Positions 33,450-43,075 of a DNA stretch of 64,000 nucleotides are shown here, piece by piece; position 1 is the first letter of the stretch, and the number at the start of each line of letters is the position of its first letter. The position numbers were made by a program, and so were the translations under genes. This DNA comes from Actinomycetes bacterium (GTDB lineage: Bacteria; Actinomycetota; Actinomycetes; S36-B12; UBA5976), in the NCBI GenBank assembly GCA_014190035.1, contig BJFU01000002.1, forward strand, positions 3,190-67,189, written 5' to 3'. The notes under the pieces were generated by a model, which saw only the letters and a list, made by a program, of their open reading frames with translations, did not search any database and had not been told where the DNA came from.

Positions 33450-34106
33450 TTATTTAACGTGAATTTTTGAGGATTTCCATAACTTAACTGCTTCAACTCT
33501 TAGATTCATAGAATCATTTTCATTCAATTTTAATGCTTGATAGGTTCGATTAATTAATGCTTCCACAGCTCTTAGCGTAGTTCCTCGTTTATCAGCTATT
33601 GCTTGATTGGACAGACCTTGTGCTATTAGTTTTAATAATTCGGCCTGAGTGTTACTTAAATAGATTGCATCAATTGGCTTAGAAGCCGATGTCTTAATTT
33701 TTGGATTTAGTTCAAAAGCGTTTTTTAAAATATTTTCAAATGAATTAGAAGCGTGTAAATCAGCTTTGACAATATATTGAACATGACTTGGCAAGCCCTT
33801 AATTCTTATGTCAACCAAGTTAGGAGAAGTATGGGCAGTAAGTACTGCCAACCTAATTTTTGGAAAATCTTTATCAACTTTATTTATTAGATCAATTCCA
33901 GTTGGACCAGGTCCAAGATCTAGATCGGTGATAATCAATTCTGGAGAGAAAGTTTTAACCAGCGAAAGTGCTTCACTAACTGAAGAGGCTGCCTCACATT
34001 TATTTCCAAGACTTGTAATAATTTCGCAAATAAGTTTTTGAGTGAAAAGCTCATCTTCAACAATGAGTACTTTGTAAGATTTTGTGGCAGTTAACATTTT
34101 ATCCAA
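33450..34106 (-). CDS. LuxR/NarL-family response regulator
   Basis: REC domain (LIVEDE, IITDLDLG, LTAH) plus a C-terminal LuxR HTH (LSNTQAELLKLIAQGLSNQAIADKRGTTLRAVEALI). Start is the TTG at 34106 or the ATG at 34097. Confidence 0.9.
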   Translation of the reverse strand: MDKMLTATKSYKVLIVEDELFTQKLICEIITSLGNKCEAASSVSEALSLVKTFSPELIITDLDLGPGPTGIDLINKVDKDFPKIRLAVLTAHTSPNLVDIRIKGLPSHVQYIVKADLHASNSFENILKNAFELNPKIKTSASKPIDAIYLSNTQAELLKLIAQGLSNQAIADKRGTTLRAVEALINRTYQALKLNENDSMNLRVEAVKLWKSSKIHVK

Positions 34107-34109
34107 ACT

Positions 34110-36473
34110 TTACAAAGCGTTTTTTGATTGTAAGTTGGCAAAAGCATACCAACCCGGAAGAACCGGTAACCAAAATGTGGCAACTCGATACAGCAATACA
34201 CCAGAGAGCGCTGTTCCTGATGGAATTCCAGAAGCAGTTAAACCGGCAATTAGGGCAGCTTCTACAGCACCGATTCCTCCGGGAGTAGGAGCGGCTTGAC
34301 CCAAAGTTGCGCCTGCTAAATAAACAAATGCAGCAGTTGCAAAAGATATATCACTTCCAAAAGCATTGAGAGCTGCAAAGAAAGCGACTATGTAAGCAAA
34401 ATTTAATGAAATTGAAGCCAAAACACTTAACAGTAATCTCTGTGGTTGTTGGGCGATAATTGCCAAAGTAGGACCAGCTTGCGAAAATATTGGACGAGTT
34501 TTATTTAGAATCCAGTTTCTTACTTGATTTATTGAAAAACCTAAAATTAGTAAAGCAAAAATTACAACAAAAATTACCAAAGTAATTCGAGATGGCCTAA
34601 AAGAAAAATCAGTTTGTGTGCCGGCAACTACTCCAAAGACTACGAGCAATAACACGTGGATGAAGAAAATGACAACTTGGGAAACACCAACTGCAGTTGC
34701 AGCAGCAGGACCAGAGACCCCAGCACGACTTAGGAATCTAATATTTACTGCCACAGATCCAAGAGTTGGCGGAGTAACTAAAGTTGCAAAAGATGCCGCA
34801 AGTTGAGCTTGTAGAGTTCTATATCGATTCACTGGCACTGAGATAAATGAAAGCAGTAATGCAGTTGAAGCAAAATAAGTCAAACCAGAGGCAATTAGTG
34901 CAACTCCTGCCCATTTCCATTCAGCTGTTGTTATTAAATCTTTAAGACTAATTTGACTGAATTGGGGAACGAGTACATATAGAGCAACAACGGATGCACT
35001 TGCTAAAAGAATATTCTTCCATTTTATTCTTTGAAACGAAATTGGTTGTAAATCTGCACTGGGGGCTAATTCACCTAAGGCTTTTCTTAAATCTTTCATA
35101 AGTTCTTTATTGCTGGCTAAATATTGTCTAGTCTTTCTACTCATTGCCACACCTTGAATGGCTGGAATTGTTCTAATTAATTCTTTCGTCGAGAAGAGTT
35201 TTTTTGCTATTTGAACAGTTTCTAAAATAGAAGAAGACCTCGAAGCGGTAACCAAGGCTTCTGCTAAATCAACTCTTTGCTGCAAATCAGTTGCTGCAAC
35301 TGTTCCTGAATGAACTCCAGTTATCGCAATATCTCCAGATTGGGTTACATAGATATTCTCAGCAGCAAGAGAGCGATGAGCAATATCTGCATCATGCATA
35401 GTTTTAACATCGGTTAAAAACTTCTCTATTTGGGAGGCTGTTATTTGAATTTTTCTTGAATTTATATCGGCAAAAGATGATCCACTTAAGTTCTCTAAAG
35501 CAATGAAGATTGAGTCTGGTTCAATTTCGCGAACTAGTTCAACTTCTGGGACGCATACTCCAGTAGCAGAAATGGCATAAGTTAAAAGGGCTGTTCTTTC
35601 CACTCTTCTTCTAATACTCATTCCTTTAAAGTCACCAGAAGTTTTAATAGTTAGGCCACGCCACCAAGAACCTAAAACACCAGAGCCTTGAAGTTCCCAG
35701 TCAAAGACCCAAACATTTATTTGGGCACCCGTTTTTAATATTGCGCGATAAATTCTTCCTTCAGATGTTTCCAATGAAAGGTCAATTTGATCAAATATCA
35801 ATCCACCTGAATCAAGTGCCTCAACTAATTTTTCAACTGATGCTCTATTTATCGGGGTTCCAAATGAATAACGAACTGCTAACCCAATTGCCCAGCCAAG
35901 CAAAATATTTACCAATTGCGTAACAATTGTTGTTTGTCCCGCAACCAAAGATGCAAATGATAAAGCAATTACAGAAATTGTGGCAATTAATCCAAGTTTT
36001 CCTCTATCAAAAACTCTCGCAATTACTAGGAAAGAAATTAATCCTGCAATTAATGGATCAAGGGGTGTTACACCTTCAGTTTGTATTCCACCAGTTAAGG
36101 CAAGTATCAATCTGGGAGAATTGCTTTGCACTACAAGAATAGAAATTGCTACTAAAGTTAAGACCGATAATCCTGCGGCAAGCAGAGCATCAACTAATTG
36201 TCGGGTTCGATTTCTTGTTAATAATGAAATACCAACTAACACGGGGACAAAAATTATTGAAGTTGCACCAATTGTGTTCAAAATAAAGAGGACAAAACTT
36301 GGTAAAACTCTTGTTGCAGTGGTCAAATCTGCATCTAATCCAGCTGTTGTTTGAGCAGCAAATGTTCCAAGGGCAGTAACAAGAGCAGTAACGGCAAGTG
36401 TGGCCAAGAGGGTAACCAAATCCCTAGGTCTACGAGCAGCCTTGCGAGAAGAATTAGTCATTGGAATAGTCAT
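34110..36473 (-). CDS. Polytopic membrane protein: N-terminal TM block, central kinase-like (probably inactive) domain, C-terminal UPF0104 / lysyl-PG-synthase-TM (flippase-like) domain
   Basis: 787 aa. The C-terminus carries PTPGGIGAVEAALIAGL, typical of the flippase-like UPF0104 family. The central soluble segment carries a kinase-like YRAILK and HRSLAAENIYV. Confidence 0.7.
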   Translation of the reverse strand: MTIPMTNSSRKAARRPRDLVTLLATLAVTALVTALGTFAAQTTAGLDADLTTATRVLPSFVLFILNTIGATSIIFVPVLVGISLLTRNRTRQLVDALLAAGLSVLTLVAISILVVQSNSPRLILALTGGIQTEGVTPLDPLIAGLISFLVIARVFDRGKLGLIATISVIALSFASLVAGQTTIVTQLVNILLGWAIGLAVRYSFGTPINRASVEKLVEALDSGGLIFDQIDLSLETSEGRIYRAILKTGAQINVWVFDWELQGSGVLGSWWRGLTIKTSGDFKGMSIRRRVERTALLTYAISATGVCVPEVELVREIEPDSIFIALENLSGSSFADINSRKIQITASQIEKFLTDVKTMHDADIAHRSLAAENIYVTQSGDIAITGVHSGTVAATDLQQRVDLAEALVTASRSSSILETVQIAKKLFSTKELIRTIPAIQGVAMSRKTRQYLASNKELMKDLRKALGELAPSADLQPISFQRIKWKNILLASASVVALYVLVPQFSQISLKDLITTAEWKWAGVALIASGLTYFASTALLLSFISVPVNRYRTLQAQLAASFATLVTPPTLGSVAVNIRFLSRAGVSGPAAATAVGVSQVVIFFIHVLLLVVFGVVAGTQTDFSFRPSRITLVIFVVIFALLILGFSINQVRNWILNKTRPIFSQAGPTLAIIAQQPQRLLLSVLASISLNFAYIVAFFAALNAFGSDISFATAAFVYLAGATLGQAAPTPGGIGAVEAALIAGLTASGIPSGTALSGVLLYRVATFWLPVLPGWYAFANLQSKNAL

Positions 36474-36519
36474 CTAGTCCATCGTCCCATTACCTCACAT
36501 TTTTTACCTGACCAGACAC

Positions 36520-36542
36520 TTGTCGTAGGTCAATGGTGAAGT
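36520..36542 (+). promoter_or_regulatory. Candidate adnA promoter resembling the mycobacterial RecA-independent DNA-damage promoter (partial match)
   Basis: TTGTCGtag-N8-TGAAGT compared with the recalled motif tTGTCRgtg-N8-TAnnnT. The hexamer ends 7 nt before the adnA ATG, which would make the mRNA leaderless. Confidence 0.3.
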
Positions 36543-36548
36543 AGTCAT

Positions 36549-39500
36549 ATGGCAATTGCTGGTATCCCCGAAATCACCCTTGAGAAAACAGCATTGCCCT
36601 ATATCGAAAAACCATTATTTGATTCTTTACAGCAAGAAGTGCTCGATCACGCTGCAGGATCATTGCTTGTAACTGGAAACGCAGGAACTGGTAAAACTAC
36701 CGTTTTAGCAGAGTCAGTAATTAATAAAGTACTTAACGGTATGAATTCAGACAAGATTATTATTTTTTGTTTCTCTAGACATTCAGCACGAGAAATGCGC
36801 AGATATTTAGCAAGAAGATTACCTGATTATTCAGTTCCACAAGTTGCAACATTTCATTCATTTACACATTCAGTGATGCAAGCGGCATATAACCAAGGAT
36901 TAGTTGTTGAGAATTATGCATTCTCACCTCTGAGATTGTTATCGGGTCCAGAGCAAGAAGTAATGATCAATGAGCTTATTAAAGGAACAATCGAAGATAA
37001 ATCTATTGAATGGCCGATTAATTTAATTAGTGCAGTAAAAACTAAAGGATTTGTTAGACAAGTAAGAAATTTACTTGCTCGCATGCGCTCTCTGGGAATG
37101 GATCCAGATCAATTAATCGATATCGGATTAAAACATGAGAATGAGAACTGGGTTGCCTTAGGACATTTCGCAGAAATGTATTTAGATAATTTAGATGCAT
37201 CAGAAACAACTGATTATGGTGAATTAGTTCACCGAGTAAATCTCTTACTAATGCGATTAAAAAGTTTAGACAAATTAAATATAAAGTTTACTCACTTTTT
37301 TGTTGACGAATATCAAGACATAGATCCCGCGCAAGTTAGATTACTAAGATCATTAGTAAGACCAAATAAGTTTTTGCTGGCTGTGGGAAATAAATCGCAA
37401 AGTATTTATCAATTTCGAGGTGCTGATTATGAAGCAATTGATAGATTTGATAAAGATTTTGGGAATAGTAAACATATTGAATTAAGCACTAATCATCGTC
37501 AAGTGCAAGCAATTGATTTGAGAGTTAATACCTATGAATCAACGAATTCTCAAAGTTTTCATATTGCAAATGAAATAAGAAGATTTAAGCAAGAAAACCC
37601 AGAATCTAAATGGTCTGATGCTCTAATAATTGTAAGAAACTCTAATTCAATAAAAATAATTAATCGGGCTCTGACTAATTTTGCAATTCCTGTATCTGTA
37701 CAAGCAGATGATTTGCCGCTTTCGCAAGATCCCGCAGCAAGAGTGATATTGGACTGTTTAAATATTTCAGGACAACTTGCCTTAGGAAATATCGAGCCAA
37801 GTAATAGTGAAGTTATTCGAGATTTATTAAAAGGTCCCTTAATCAATTCTTCACCATTTGAATTGAGAGAAACAGCCAGACATCTTCGTAAAAGATCAAG
37901 AGAAAATAACGAACATCCTTTGACTTCTGATCAAGCTTTATATAAGGCAGTGATTGATCCTAAAAATTTGTTGGATATTCCAAGTGAAATTTCCCAGGGT
38001 GTTCGAAAATTGGGAGCAATCTTATTCACAGCCCAAGATTTAATAAAACAGAAATCCCGAGTAGAAGTTGTGATGTGGAGTATTTGGAATACAGAAATAA
38101 GCGAAGTAAATAAAAAAATATTTAACGTTTTTGATTCAGAATATAAGTGGAGTGAAACCTTACGTGCAAATGCATTACGAGGTGGCATAGAAGGTAGAAA
38201 AGCAGATAAAGATCTTGATTCAATTCTTGCTCTATTTGATGCCGCTTCTAGAGATGATGAACGAACTTTAGGAACCAGGGGAGTCCTTAATTTTTTAAGT
38301 GATTTAGGAATGCAAGCATTTCAAGCAGAAACTTTGGCACAAAAACCAATTGAAGATGACCGGGTGCAAATTGTCACGGCCCACAGATCAAAAGGATTAG
38401 AAGCAAGATTTGTAATCATTCCTGATGTGCAGTCTGATATTTGGCCGTCCGCAAGATTGCGCAATAACCTACTTGAAGTTGAAAGATTGGGTTTTGAAAC
38501 AGTTGTGCGATCTCCTAGTAGAAGTGAAATTATCGCTGAAGACATAAGGCTTTTTGAGGTAGCCAAATCAAGAAGTAGTCAAAAACTCTTGGTAAGTGCG
38601 ATTAAAAGTGAATTCTCAGACGATGGAGAGCCCTCTGTTTTATTAACAAAACTGGTTGGAACTCAAATTAATCATGTTTCAGGATTTCCTGTTAAAGCAC
38701 TTTCTTTAAATGCACTTGTTGCCGAAATTAGAAAAGCAGGCCAAAGCCAAGATGTAGATAACGAGTTTAAAAAAGCACTAGCAAAGAGATTACATAAATT
38801 AGCAAACACAAAAGATGCTTTTGGAAGAGATATAAGTCAAGCTGCTGATCCACAAAACTGGTGGGCAACATTTAAACCCAGTGCAAGTGAAATCAAATTA
38901 GCGCTAGATGATCATCCAGTTTCACTTTCTGGATCTGGGTTAGCCACCTTAAGAGATTGTGGTTTGAAATGGTTCTTGGAGAAAAAAGCAGGCGCAAATA
39001 TTCCTCGTCAAAATGCGGCAAGTATTGGTTCCATTGTTCATGCTCTAGCTCAAGGGTTAAGCAATGGTGAGATTAATCCAAACTTTGAAGCACTGAAAGA
39101 AAAACTCGATCAAATCTGGCCCCAATTATCTTTTGATGCTCCTTGGCTAGCAAATCGTTTTTATAATGAGACTTTAGAAGTTGTCATGAATTTACTCTCT
39201 TGGCATCTCAAAAGAACTTCAAGAACAGTAGTTGGATCCGAAGTACATTTCTCACTTAATATTTTGGTTGATGAACAAAATCCAACAGACAGTGTAAAAA
39301 TAAGTGGATATATCGACAGATTAGAAGCTGAGATTGAAGATTCAAAGCAATTGCACATTATTGATTTTAAGAATTCAAATGTTACATTAACTAAAGAACA
39401 AGCAAATGAAGATCCACAATTAGGAGTTTATCGACTCGCTGTTTCTCGTAATGCTTTAAATATTGAGGTAGACCCAGAATCAACTGATGCCAGTGCCAGT

Positions 39501-39710
39501 TTAGTTTATTTGAAACATATGCAAAAAAACGGATTAAAAGAATTAGAAACAAAAGATATTGAAAATAATGGTATTTTAGAAATTCTTAAAGATTCCTTTA
39601 GAAAGATCAAAACAGAAGATTTCAGTGCTAAAGTTTCACCCCTTTGTAGAAATTGTCAATTTATTCGAATGTGTCCTGCCCAACCTGAAGGTAAGGCGGT
39701 TGTCGAATGA
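36549..39710 (+). CDS. adnA: AdnA-type helicase-nuclease subunit (UvrD-like motor plus RecB-type nuclease with Fe-S Cys motif)
   Basis: 1053 aa. Walker A GNAGTGKTT and DEYQD. C-terminal nuclease GYIDRLE...IIDFKNS. Cys pattern CGLKWF ... CRNCQFIRMCP. Confidence 0.85.
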   Translation: MAIAGIPEITLEKTALPYIEKPLFDSLQQEVLDHAAGSLLVTGNAGTGKTTVLAESVINKVLNGMNSDKIIIFCFSRHSAREMRRYLARRLPDYSVPQVATFHSFTHSVMQAAYNQGLVVENYAFSPLRLLSGPEQEVMINELIKGTIEDKSIEWPINLISAVKTKGFVRQVRNLLARMRSLGMDPDQLIDIGLKHENENWVALGHFAEMYLDNLDASETTDYGELVHRVNLLLMRLKSLDKLNIKFTHFFVDEYQDIDPAQVRLLRSLVRPNKFLLAVGNKSQSIYQFRGADYEAIDRFDKDFGNSKHIELSTNHRQVQAIDLRVNTYESTNSQSFHIANEIRRFKQENPESKWSDALIIVRNSNSIKIINRALTNFAIPVSVQADDLPLSQDPAARVILDCLNISGQLALGNIEPSNSEVIRDLLKGPLINSSPFELRETARHLRKRSRENNEHPLTSDQALYKAVIDPKNLLDIPSEISQGVRKLGAILFTAQDLIKQKSRVEVVMWSIWNTEISEVNKKIFNVFDSEYKWSETLRANALRGGIEGRKADKDLDSILALFDAASRDDERTLGTRGVLNFLSDLGMQAFQAETLAQKPIEDDRVQIVTAHRSKGLEARFVIIPDVQSDIWPSARLRNNLLEVERLGFETVVRSPSRSEIIAEDIRLFEVAKSRSSQKLLVSAIKSEFSDDGEPSVLLTKLVGTQINHVSGFPVKALSLNALVAEIRKAGQSQDVDNEFKKALAKRLHKLANTKDAFGRDISQAADPQNWWATFKPSASEIKLALDDHPVSLSGSGLATLRDCGLKWFLEKKAGANIPRQNAASIGSIVHALAQGLSNGEINPNFEALKEKLDQIWPQLSFDAPWLANRFYNETLEVVMNLLSWHLKRTSRTVVGSEVHFSLNILVDEQNPTDSVKISGYIDRLEAEIEDSKQLHIIDFKNSNVTLTKEQANEDPQLGVYRLAVSRNALNIEVDPESTDASASLVYLKHMQKNGLKELETKDIENNGILEILKDSFRKIKTEDFSAKVSPLCRNCQFIRMCPAQPEGKAVVE

Positions 39711-42700
39711 AATCTGAAACAAAAATGAATTTAACTCCTGAACAAATAAAAGCAATAACTGCACCCCTTGAACCAGCTTTAGTTATTGCAGGTGCGGGTA
39801 CTGGAAAAACTAGTGTTATGGCTGAACGAGTTTTGTGGTTAATCGAAGAGGCAAAAATTGAACCTGAGGAAATATTAGGTTTAACATTTACTAACAAAGC
39901 TGCTCAAGAACTAAGAACTCGTGTTAGAGAAACAATCAGTAATAGTGAAAAATTTCAAAATTCATTTGAAATAACTGAACCAAATGTCGGTACATACCAC
40001 GCATTTGCCCTACAGATTCTTAATGATCATGGATTATTGATTGGGGTTGAATCTGACTTAAAACCAATTAATGAAACTACACGAGCAACACTGGCATTCA
40101 AAACGGTATTGCAAACCCAATCTAGTATGAAGAATTTAGAAAAATCCCCTCGATATATAGCAAAACAGTTATTAATTCTTGATAATCAAATGGCCGAGCA
40201 CGACCTTAAAATTGACTCAATATCAAAATTCTCAGATAAATTACTTACACAAATTGCAACTACTAGATCTAGAAAAGAGATGCGTGATTTAGAAGTAGTG
40301 ACTTTAGCTCGAGTCGAATTAGCGAATTTAGTTAATGAATTTCGTGAATTAAAAAGAGATGAAGGAATTGTTGATTTTGCTGATCAGATGAGATTTGCCT
40401 TGCAGTTAGTGAAAAGCCATCCAGAAGTTGTGGACCAATTAAGAAATCAATACAAAGCCGTTTTACTTGACGAATATCAAGACACTTCAGTTATCCAAAG
40501 ATTGTTACTTTCTGAAATATTTGGTCAAGCTCATCCAGTAACTGCTGTGGGAGATCCATTGCAGGCAATTTATGGTTGGCGTGGGGCATCTGTATCAAAT
40601 ATTGATAGTTTCCCTCACCATTTTCCACAAGAAGACGGTAATCCTGCACGCAAATACCCTCTAACCGCAAATTTTCGCAGCGGTCAAAAAATCCTAAATC
40701 ACGCAAATCAAGTTTCAAAAGACTTAAGAGATATACATTTTGCAATCGATTCTCTTGTTGCCGGGAAAGCTACAAATAGTGAAGTAAATATTGGACTTCA
40801 TTTAACTTGGAATGACGAAATTGAAGATATAACCAATCGCATTAAGAGTCTTGTTGTGGATCGAGAAGTTAAACCTGAGCAAATTGCGGTGTTGAGTAGA
40901 AACGGCAAAGAACTCTTAGCAATTTATGACTTGTTAATTTCGAAAGGAATTCCAGCAACTTTTTCTGGCAAGAGAGATTTGATTGATGTTCCTGAAGTAA
41001 GCGAAGTACTTTCTTACCTAAGACTCTTAGATGACCCAACACATAACCCATCGTTAGTTCGAATATTGGCTGGACCAAGATTTGAAATAGATCCCAAGGA
41101 TCTTGCACTTTTATCTCTAAGGGCAAACGAATTAGTGAAAGATCATAAATTCAATAAAGAGAACAAAACATTTGAACAAAGTTTATTGCAATCTGTTGAT
41201 GGAACAGATGTAGCAGAATTAGCAGTTTTGGCTGATGCATTAAACAGTCCAGGAAATAGTGGCTATGGGATAGGGGTTAAAGAGAAGTTTAATAAATTAA
41301 GGATTGAATTAGAAATCTTAAGAAAACATATTACTGAGCCACTTAGTGACATTATTTATCGAATTATTAATCAAACCGGCTTACTCATTGAAATTATGGC
41401 AAGTAATCAATTAATGACAGAAAGTCGATATGAAGCTTTAATGAGTTTGCAAGATTTAGCCGAATCGTTTGATCAAGGTTCTCCTCATGGCGTGGTTCGA
41501 GAGTTTTTAGCTTGGCTTAATGAGGCTGATGAATTAGAAAGCACTATTGAATTTGCCCCAACTGCTATGAAAAATGCAGTTTCATTAATGACAATTCACG
41601 GGGCAAAAGGTTTGGAATTTCCCATCGTGTTTATTCCAGCGGTTTGTGAAAATGTGTTTCCTAACAATAGATCTTCAATGTGGTACAAAAAGCCAGAATT
41701 AATTCCTTATGAATTAAGAGCAGATGCAAGCTCACTGCCCGGAGGATTTCAAACCGAAAAAAAAGAATTTGATGCCTACACTGATCGATGCAAAGCCCAT
41801 GCTGAATTAGAAGAAAGAAGATTAATGTATGTGGCTTTGACAAGAGCTGAAAACGAATTGTTTGTATCTAGTCATTGGTGGGGACCAACTCAAAAGAAGG
41901 TTCGAGGACCATCTCCTTACTTATTGCAATTAAAAGAAATTGTTGAACAAGGCCATGGACAAATTGTTGAGTGGACAGAAAACACTCATGAAGAAAACCC
42001 AACTCTAGATGAGTTGATGCCAACAATTTGGCCTCCACAAAGGGATCAGGTCGCAAGAAATAGAAGATTAGACTTTGCTAATTACATTGAAAATCAAACA
42101 GAAGTTGATGAAACAACTTTGACTCAAACACAAATAACGCTACTTGAAAATTGGGATAAGGATATTGAATCACTCATTACTGAGCTTACTAGTGAAAAAC
42201 TTGTTAAGAAAAGTGTGGCAATTCCTGACACTCTCAATGTCACAAAAACTATTAAATTAATGCGCGATCCAGACGAATTTGCTAAGCAACTAGTTCGCCC
42301 GATGCCATCAAAACCAATTGATCAAGCACGCAGGGGAACACAATTTCACTTTTGGATTGAAAAACACTTTGCCATGCCTGCACTTCTTGATTCTCTTGAT
42401 TTACCAGGAGCAGCAGATGAGAAATTAATTTCAGATAATCAACTAGAAACAATGAAGAATGCATTTTTGAATTCACCCTGGGCAAATAAGAAACCACTTG
42501 CTTTGGAATGGCCTTTTGATATTTCAATTGGTGGAAGATCTTTAAGAGGAAGAATTGATGCAGTTTTTGAAACCGAAAATGGTATTGAATTGATTGACTG
42601 GAAGACTGGCGTTGTTGGAAAATCTGATGATTTACAGCTTGCTTGGTATCGATTTGCTTGGTGGAAAATGACTGGTACACCTATAGAACGAATTACTGCT

Positions 42701-42787
42701 GCGTTTGTCTATGTTCCAAGTATGGAAATTGCTAGACCAAAAGAGTTACTTGCACCCGAAGTATTACTAGAGAGCATTTCAGGCTAG
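39707..42787 (+). CDS. adnB: AdnB-type helicase-nuclease subunit
   Basis: 1026 aa. GAGTGKTS, DEYQDTS, TIHGAKGLEF and VALTRA helicase motifs. C-terminal GRIDAVFE...LIDWKTG nuclease. ATGA overlap with adnA. Confidence 0.87.
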   Translation: MKSETKMNLTPEQIKAITAPLEPALVIAGAGTGKTSVMAERVLWLIEEAKIEPEEILGLTFTNKAAQELRTRVRETISNSEKFQNSFEITEPNVGTYHAFALQILNDHGLLIGVESDLKPINETTRATLAFKTVLQTQSSMKNLEKSPRYIAKQLLILDNQMAEHDLKIDSISKFSDKLLTQIATTRSRKEMRDLEVVTLARVELANLVNEFRELKRDEGIVDFADQMRFALQLVKSHPEVVDQLRNQYKAVLLDEYQDTSVIQRLLLSEIFGQAHPVTAVGDPLQAIYGWRGASVSNIDSFPHHFPQEDGNPARKYPLTANFRSGQKILNHANQVSKDLRDIHFAIDSLVAGKATNSEVNIGLHLTWNDEIEDITNRIKSLVVDREVKPEQIAVLSRNGKELLAIYDLLISKGIPATFSGKRDLIDVPEVSEVLSYLRLLDDPTHNPSLVRILAGPRFEIDPKDLALLSLRANELVKDHKFNKENKTFEQSLLQSVDGTDVAELAVLADALNSPGNSGYGIGVKEKFNKLRIELEILRKHITEPLSDIIYRIINQTGLLIEIMASNQLMTESRYEALMSLQDLAESFDQGSPHGVVREFLAWLNEADELESTIEFAPTAMKNAVSLMTIHGAKGLEFPIVFIPAVCENVFPNNRSSMWYKKPELIPYELRADASSLPGGFQTEKKEFDAYTDRCKAHAELEERRLMYVALTRAENELFVSSHWWGPTQKKVRGPSPYLLQLKEIVEQGHGQIVEWTENTHEENPTLDELMPTIWPPQRDQVARNRRLDFANYIENQTEVDETTLTQTQITLLENWDKDIESLITELTSEKLVKKSVAIPDTLNVTKTIKLMRDPDEFAKQLVRPMPSKPIDQARRGTQFHFWIEKHFAMPALLDSLDLPGAADEKLISDNQLETMKNAFLNSPWANKKPLALEWPFDISIGGRSLRGRIDAVFETENGIELIDWKTGVVGKSDDLQLAWYRFAWWKMTGTPIERITAAFVYVPSMEIARPKELLAPEVLLESISG

Positions 42788-42835
42788 AAGACGCTCAATT
42801 TTGTGCTCAAAATGTATTCGTGAGAGGATTGAAAC

Positions 42836-43075
42836 ATGGCTCAATTAACAATGTATTCAACGCAATGGTGTGGCTATTGCCAAAGATTAAAAGCGCAATT
42901 AGGTCGCGAAGGAATTACTTACACAGAAATTGATATTGAACATGACGCCGAAGCAGCAGCTCTTGTTGAAAAAGTTAACGGTGGCAATAGAACAGTTCCT
43001 ACAGTTGTTTATGAAGACGGCAGTGCTGTAACAAATCCTTCCTTGGGACAGGTGAAAGAGAAGCTAGGTTTATAA
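42836..43075 (+). CDS. Mycoredoxin / glutaredoxin-like protein
   Basis: 79 aa, CGYC active site, TVPTV motif. Same position as mycoredoxin-1 next to uvrD2 in mycobacteria. Confidence 0.88.
   Translation: MAQLTMYSTQWCGYCQRLKAQLGREGITYTEIDIEHDAEAAALVEKVNGGNRTVPTVVYEDGSAVTNPSLGQVKEKLGL

Noticed and set aside
34084-36539. Several 60-124-aa plus-strand ORFs inside the 787-aa membrane-protein gene
   Set aside because: They are antisense to a long ORF with clear TM and UPF0104 features, and their translations are low-complexity.
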